Origin: Methanocaldococcus jannaschii DSM 2661
GTDB lineage: Archaea > AGJL01 > Methanococci > Methanococcales > Methanocaldococcaceae
DNA: 32,000 bases
Assembly: GCF_000091665.1 (NCBI RefSeq)
Contig: NC_000909.1
Span: 353,581 to 385,580 of the forward strand
Reading direction: 5' to 3'
Each line of letters begins with the position of its first letter. The first letter of the stretch is position 1. Below the pieces are notes generated by a model. The model ran no database searches. It saw only the letters and a program-made list of their open reading frames with translations, and was not told where the DNA came from. Positions 27,172 to 32,000 of this stretch are shown here, one piece after another. Position numbers and translations under genes: made by a program.

Positions 27172-27229
27172 ACTGCACCCACTATGGGGTGCAGTAAAAA
27201 TATACACCCTACCTACTCTGAGGTAGGGT
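27172..27229. other. two adjacent isomorphic GC-rich hairpins (candidate structured RNA, bidirectional terminator or protein-binding site)
   Basis: Hairpin 1 (27172-27195) is ACTGCACCC-ACTATG-GGGTGCAGT. Hairpin 2 (27206-27229) is ACCCTACCT-ACTCTG-AGGTAGGGT. Both have a perfect 9-bp stem and a 6-nt loop, with a 10-nt spacer. They lie between convergent genes. Confidence 0.5.
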
Positions 27230-27333
27230 TAAAAATAACCTCAATTATATCTTTATTTATCATTACAAGTTTTTTGTTATTTAAAATTTTTGGTTGGGAG
27301 AAATAAAAATTTTTAATAAACGATTTAGAATTT

Positions 27334-28158
27334 TTAAAACTTAATCTCATTCAATCCCAAAACGTCAAATGTATTATAAATGCCTTCTTTTTTATCAGCA
27401 ATGTATCTTATAGCCAATATAACTCCATTAACAAACGCTTGCCTACTACTTGCTCTGTGAGTTAGCTCAATCCTCTCTCCATCTCCAGCAAATATAACTG
27501 TGTGGTCTCCTACAACATCCCCGCCCCTTAAAGCATGAATCCCAATCTCTTCCTTCTTTCTCTCTCCAGTCATTCCATATCTCCCATAAACAAATACACT
27601 TTCAATTCCTCTATTAGCTTTTATAATCTCAGCTGCTCTCAAAGCAGTTCCTGAAGGAGCGTCCTTTTTATATCTATGATGCATCTCTATAATTTCAATA
27701 TCATAATCCCCTAATTTCTTTGCTAAAAACTCTAAAGTTTTGAAAAATATATTAACTCCAATTGCAAAATTTTGAGATATTACAGCAGCAACATTATTTT
27801 CTTTTATTGCTTTTTCAATCTCTGCCTTTTGCTCTTCAGTAAATCCAGTAGTCCCAATAACTAAATTAACCCCATTTTTAGCAGCTATTTTAACATTTTC
27901 AACACATGCATGGGCTATGGTAAAATCAACCAATACATCTGGCTTTGTTTCTTTTAAAACCTTATCTAACTCATCTGCAGTTGATAATGGAACTCCAATT
28001 TTACCAATGCCTATTAACTCTCCAACATCCTCTCCTTTTTTTGGATGATTTGGAACTTCAAATGCACAAACAACTTTCATATCTTCTTGCTGAGTTATGG
28101 TTTTAATTATATTGCTTCCCATCCTTCCTAAAGCTCCTGTAACTGCCACTTTAATCAT
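27334..28158 (-). CDS. dapB: 4-hydroxy-tetrahydrodipicolinate reductase DapB
   Basis: Has the NAD(P) motif VAVTGALGRMG and the active-site region EMHHRYKKDAPSGTA. The ORF-track start at 28206 adds 16 unlikely residues. The ATG at 28158 lies 4 nt after the SD GGTGAT (rc of 28163-28168). Confidence 0.93.
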   Translation of the reverse strand: MIKVAVTGALGRMGSNIIKTITQQEDMKVVCAFEVPNHPKKGEDVGELIGIGKIGVPLSTADELDKVLKETKPDVLVDFTIAHACVENVKIAAKNGVNLVIGTTGFTEEQKAEIEKAIKENNVAAVISQNFAIGVNIFFKTLEFLAKKLGDYDIEIIEMHHRYKKDAPSGTALRAAEIIKANRGIESVFVYGRYGMTGERKKEEIGIHALRGGDVVGDHTVIFAGDGERIELTHRASSRQAFVNGVILAIRYIADKKEGIYNTFDVLGLNEIKF

Positions 28159-28286
28159 AATCATCACCATAAAGATTTTCTTAATTTTTAGAATTATTAC
28201 TCGCATTATTTATAAATAGTTGATGCAATATAAATGATGTAGGCTAAGTATTATACTTTATCAACAGCATTATGTATGGGATAGTT

Positions 28287-29132
28287 ATGTTCGTGAATAG
28301 AAAAGAGGAGCTTGAATTTCTTGAAAGAAAGTGGAATGAGAATAAAGCCAACTTAATAATCCTATATGGGAGAAGAAGAGTTGGAAAAACGATGCTTATA
28401 AAAAAATTTCTTGAAAATAAAAAAATAAAAAGGGCATCTATATTTTGCTAACCAACGATTCCATGAATGAGAATCTAAATGAGTTAAAGAGAGTATTTTC
28501 AAGCTTAACTGGAAAGGAATATTTTAAAAACTTGGATGTTGGATTGGTAGATCTTTTTAGATATTTGAGAGATGAGATTAAGGATGAGAAGGTTGTTATA
28601 GCACTTGATGAATTTCAATACCTAATGCAATTAAATAGAGGAGTTTTAAGCATATTTCAAAAGATTTGGGATGGGATTTTGGCAGATACGAAGGTTTTTT
28701 TAATAATCTGTGGTTCAAGTTGTGTATCCAAACATGGCAGATTTAGAGATTGGTAATGTGAAGGAGGTTTATAACAAAATCTTAGCATCTCTAAATGAAT
28801 ACTATGGTAAAATGTTTGAAAACCTTGTATTTGAGATGCTTAAACTTAAAATTATTGATTTTGGTCAAAAAAGTGTGGCTAAGTGGTGGCATAAGGGAGA
28901 AGAGATTGATGTTTTAGCTTATAACAATAATAAGATGATTGCCTTTGAAGTAAAATGGAAGGATTTGAGCTTTAAAGAAGCAAAAGGGATTTTAAGGGAT
29001 TTGGAAAGAAAACTTGATAAAGTTGATTTTGATGGAGAAAAAGAGTGCTACATCATAGCAAAGAGTATTGAAGGAAAAGAAAAACTAAAAGCACTTGATT
29101 TAATGGATTTGGAGAAATTAATTATCTTCTAG
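28287..29132 (+). pseudogene. decayed archaeal ATPase (PF01637-like AAA) plus DUF234 gene, with a frameshift and an internal deletion
   Basis: There are three collinear pieces. Piece 1 (28287-28451) is MFVNRKEELEFLERKWNENKANLIILYGRRRVGKT (Walker A) and ends at a TAA. The reading continues in another frame from 28421 (KNKKGIYILLTNDS...VIALDEFQ Walker B...LIICGSS). Piece 3 (to 29132) returns to the first frame and is DUF234-like (FENLVFEML...[13 protein letters not shown]...AFEVKW). The total of ~300 aa is well short of the ~450-480 aa I recall for intact paralogs. Confidence 0.75.
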
Positions 29133-29660
29133 ACATCTTTTATGCTCTTCAATATCGAAATCTATTTCGTAATATTTATAGATTTCATCTGCAAGGTTTT
29201 CAGCAAATTCTTTAGCTTTCTCTTTACTTTCAAACCCTAAAACCCAAATGCCCCACATCGTTTCCCAATTTGATGATAGCTTACAACTCTCTTTTATAGG
29301 ATTTTTTCCATTAAATTTGTGGATAACTATTTTTTTGTTCTTCCAATCAATATATAATGCATAGTTTTCTCCTTCTATTTTAACATTTTCAATATTTTCT
29401 CCATAAGCTTTATTTTTAACATTCTTCTCTAAATAAATCTTAATGAATTTGTTTAATGGCAATCTTGAAATTTTAACCCTTACATTTTTTAACATCTCCT
29501 CTAATATCTCCTCAATCTCCTCCTCTTCAATCCAGTTTAAGGTTGTGGGGATTAAGATGGTGATATATCTATCTCCATCAAGTTCCACATCTAAAATTTT
29601 TAAATATTCACTATAAATGCCAAATTGTTTTAATATCTTTATCAGTTCTTTCATAATCAT
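29118..29660 (-). CDS. hypothetical acidic protein, partner of the HEPN-like gene
   Basis: 180-aa ORF whose ATG overlaps the upstream stop (ATGA). The N-terminal [18 protein letters not shown] is only loosely reminiscent of the minimal-nucleotidyltransferase hG[GS]x9-13DxD pattern, with Ile in place of Ser. No confident family. Confidence 0.5.
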
Positions 29661-30127
29661 TCCTCTAACATTATATAGAGCTTTAAGAGTTTTTCAATAA
29701 TCTCAAGCTTTTCAATGATGATTGCAATTAGCTGATTGTGTCTATAACTATAAAGTTCCTGTCTCAATATATGCAAATAATGGAAAAACTTTAGCTTTAA
29801 ATAACTCTCTTTAAACTCCTCCCAATGCTCCTCATAGTGCTTCCCATGCTCCAATCTTGGAGATAATATATAGTCAGATGCATGCCTATAGAGCTTTAAA
29901 TCCATTAAGAAGTTTCTAATCTTTTTGCTAAAGTTTGCATACCTATCTTTATTGTGCCAATCTTCTATGTTTTCTCTAATATAGAATTCAAATGCATTTA
30001 GCAAATATAACATCCCATAGTAAAATCTCGATATAAAGGTTCTTAAGTCAAACTCTTTTAGTGCGTTAATACAGCTATCTAAGAAGTGAATGCACTCTTT
30101 TAGATAGACATTGTTTAGGTTATGCAT
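29657..30127 (-). CDS. HEPN-like (UPF0332-type) helical protein
   Basis: [14 protein letters not shown] and [10 protein letters not shown] match the SRxYYA...H...RxxxDY pattern I recall for UPF0332/HEPN proteins. The track start at 30139 is a GTG inside GGTGAT. The ATG at 30127 lies 7 nt after that SD and overlaps the wecC stop by 8 nt; an alternative ATG lies at 30136. Confidence 0.5.
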
Positions 30128-31403
30128 TCTTTCCATCACCTAAGACATAAACTTTAAAGCCCTCCTTTTCCCACAACTCTCTATTTAATATATTTTTAGT
30201 ATCAAGGATTATTTTATTTTTTACCTTTGAGGCGATATTTTTTATATCTTCTTTATCAAAATTTTTATATTCATCATGCTCAGCTAATATAACGATAATA
30301 TCAGCTCCTTCAACAGCTTCATCTAAACTATTTAAAGGATAAATAAAATCTCTCGCATATTTATCATAGCATTTAACTTCAAAGCCCTCATCTATCAATT
30401 TACTAACCACTTTTTCAGCTGGACTTTCCCTTGTGTCATCTACATTTCCTTTATATGTTACTCCAAATATTGCCACTTTTCCAATATCTTTTTTAATAAT
30501 CTTCTTTATCTTTTCAACAACAAATAATGGCATAGAGTCGTTTAACTCTCTTGCAGTTCTTATTAATTTAGCGTTCTTTGATTTCTCAACAATAAACCAC
30601 GGGTCTATGCTTATACAATGCCCACCTACTCCTGGCCCTGGCTTTAAAATATTTACTCTTGGATGTTTATTGGCTAATTCTATTGCTTCCCAAACATTAA
30701 TGCCAATTTCCTCTGCAATTTTTGCAAATTCGTTGGCTAAGGCAATATTAACATCTCTATAAGTATTTTCCATTAACTTAACCATCTCTGCTGTTTTAGC
30801 ATCAGTTAAATATATCTTTCCAGTAACAAAAGTTTCATAAATCTCTTTTGCCATTTCAGCAGATTTTTCATCAACTCCTCCAATAACTCTATCATTTTCA
30901 ACAAGTTCCTTCAATATACTGCCTGGCAAAACTCTCTCTGGGCAGTGAGCAACATAAATTTTCTTATCCTTTGATAATTTTTTATAAATATCATCAGTTG
31001 TTCCTGGAGGAATCGTGCTTTCTATTATTATTAAATTCCCATTTTCAAGATATGGTTTTATGCTTTCAATAGCTTTATTTAAATAGGTTAAATCACATTT
31101 TTTTTCTCCATCACACTCTATGCAAGGTGTTGGCACACATATAATAAAAACATCTGCTTTTTCAGGTTTTGTTTGCACTTTTAGATTTCCAGAGTTTATA
31201 GCCCCTTTAACTAAAGTCATTAAATCTTTTTCTGTAGTTTTAAAGCTCAGTTCTTTAATTTCTTTCACTCTTTTTTCATTTATATCCACACCAATAACAT
31301 CAAATCCCTGTATTGCTAACATTGAAGCCGTTGGCAAACCAATGTAACCCAAACCAATTACACATATCCTTTTTCCAATGCCATTTTTCTCTACTTTTGT
31401 CAT
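30120..31403 (-). CDS. wecC: UDP-N-acetyl-D-mannosamine 6-dehydrogenase (UDP-ManNAcA-forming), WecC
   Basis: 427-aa UDP-sugar dehydrogenase with a Rossmann motif [12 protein letters not shown] and the catalytic Cys region [13 protein letters not shown]. Recognised as the characterised M. jannaschii enzyme. Confidence 0.9.
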   Translation of the reverse strand: MTKVEKNGIGKRICVIGLGYIGLPTASMLAIQGFDVIGVDINEKRVKEIKELSFKTTEKDLMTLVKGAINSGNLKVQTKPEKADVFIICVPTPCIECDGEKKCDLTYLNKAIESIKPYLENGNLIIIESTIPPGTTDDIYKKLSKDKKIYVAHCPERVLPGSILKELVENDRVIGGVDEKSAEMAKEIYETFVTGKIYLTDAKTAEMVKLMENTYRDVNIALANEFAKIAEEIGINVWEAIELANKHPRVNILKPGPGVGGHCISIDPWFIVEKSKNAKLIRTARELNDSMPLFVVEKIKKIIKKDIGKVAIFGVTYKGNVDDTRESPAEKVVSKLIDEGFEVKCYDKYARDFIYPLNSLDEAVEGADIIVILAEHDEYKNFDKEDIKNIASKVKNKIILDTKNILNRELWEKEGFKVYVLGDGKNA

Positions 31404-31570
31404 TTTATCCCCAAAAATTTCTATTTAGATTGATTATTGACAGTTATTATTAGCAGTTTATATATAATAGGTGAGTTATATATACTCCAAAACTATAAGC
31501 AATAAAATACAAAAAGTTTAAGGATTTATAATTTTATGTAAGATATAAAAATATTTTGTGAGGGATTGTC

Positions 31571-32000
31571 ATGGAGAGAATAGCTGTCTTAGCGTATTCT
31601 GGAGGATTGGATACAAGCTGTTGCTTAAAATTATTGGAAGATAAGTATGGTTATAAGGTAGTTTCTGTCTGTGTGGATGTTGGACAGCCAGAAGAAGAGA
31701 TAAAAGAAGTTGAAGAGAAAGCTAAAAAATTAGGAGTTTTAAAGCACTACACAATAGATGCAAAGGAAGAATTCGTTAAAGATTACATATTTAGAGCTAT
31801 AAAGGCAAATGCAATGTATGAAGGCTATCCCCTATCAACAGCATTAGCGAGACCTTTAATTGCTCATAAGGTTGTTGAAATAGCTGAGGAAGTTGGAGCT
31901 GAGGCAGTTGCTCATGGATGCACTGGAAAGGGTAACGACCAGTTCAGATTTGAAACAACTATAAGAATTAAAGCTCCACATTTGAAAATTATTGCACCAA
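31571..32000 (+). CDS. argG: argininosuccinate synthase, N-terminal part (runs off the right edge)
   Basis: [18 protein letters not shown] (the ATP pyrophosphatase SGGLDTS motif) ...[12 protein letters not shown]. It is not in the ORF track because it is truncated. Confidence 0.93.
   Translation, partial: MERIAVLAYSGGLDTSCCLKLLEDKYGYKVVSVCVDVGQPEEEIKEVEEKAKKLGVLKHYTIDAKEEFVKDYIFRAIKANAMYEGYPLSTALARPLIAHKVVEIAEEVGAEAVAHGCTGKGNDQFRFETTIRIKAPHLKIIAP

Noticed and set aside
27172-27229. H/ACA guide RNA interpretation of the twin hairpins
   Set aside because: The stems are uninterrupted 9-bp helices with no pseudouridylation pocket and no K-turn or K-loop GA pairs. No ACA lies at the required distance 3' of the stems.
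28415-28455. Programmed frameshift or selenocysteine recoding in the ATPase gene
   Set aside because: The interrupting codon is TAA, not TGA. The gene also carries a large out-of-frame internal deletion, so the simplest reading is decay. A sequencing error in the A-run cannot be excluded for the first lesion only.
1-32000. CRISPR arrays, rRNA genes, IS transposases, integrases
   Set aside because: No regularly spaced direct repeats were seen. No rRNA-like conserved blocks were seen. No ORF has a transposase or integrase motif (DDE, or tyrosine recombinase R..H..R..Y).

Overview
AT-rich archaeal chromosome. By gene content and several proteins I recognise, it is Methanocaldococcus jannaschii or a very close relative. 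From memory it corresponds to about MJ0388-MJ0429; this was not checked against any database. Recognised proteins include the minimalist TyrRS used for genetic-code expansion, the crystallised site-2 protease with CBS domains, ADH synthase, the MjNK nucleoside kinase, MptD and WecC. Most of the window is housekeeping: tyrS, cbiT, the rpoE'-spt4-DUF359-S24e-S27ae operon, three tRNA genes (Arg-TCT, Glu-TTC, initiator Met), a PMM/PGM-family mutase, aroA', a Memo-like protein, nadA, mptD, hisF, an ABC importer pair, an Rnl3-type RNA ligase, dapB, wecC and the 5' part of argG. I saw no rRNA, CRISPR array or IS transposase. The non-routine content is listed here. (1) Two diverged copies of a ~108-bp inverted-repeat-bounded palindromic element with a GC-rich central hairpin; both overlap the stop codon of the upstream gene, and one supplies the last 13 codons of a membrane protein. 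(2) A pair of isomorphic GC-rich hairpins in a convergent intergenic spacer. (3) A free-standing HTH plus double-LAGLIDADG gene between tRNA genes. (4) A 39-nt relic copy of a gene's 3' end whose only differences are synonymous. (5) A two-gene Arg/Gly-rich small-protein operon with a palindrome at its promoter. (6) A small accessory islet holding a decayed archaeal-ATPase/DUF234 gene and a HEPN-like gene with an unknown partner, both coupled to wecC. (7) Several uncharacterised clusters: a secreted repeat protein with an orphan ParA-like ATPase, a membrane-protein trio, and a THUMP-SPOUT fusion. I cannot show that any of these is a novel system. All family assignments rest on motif recognition by eye, not on searches.
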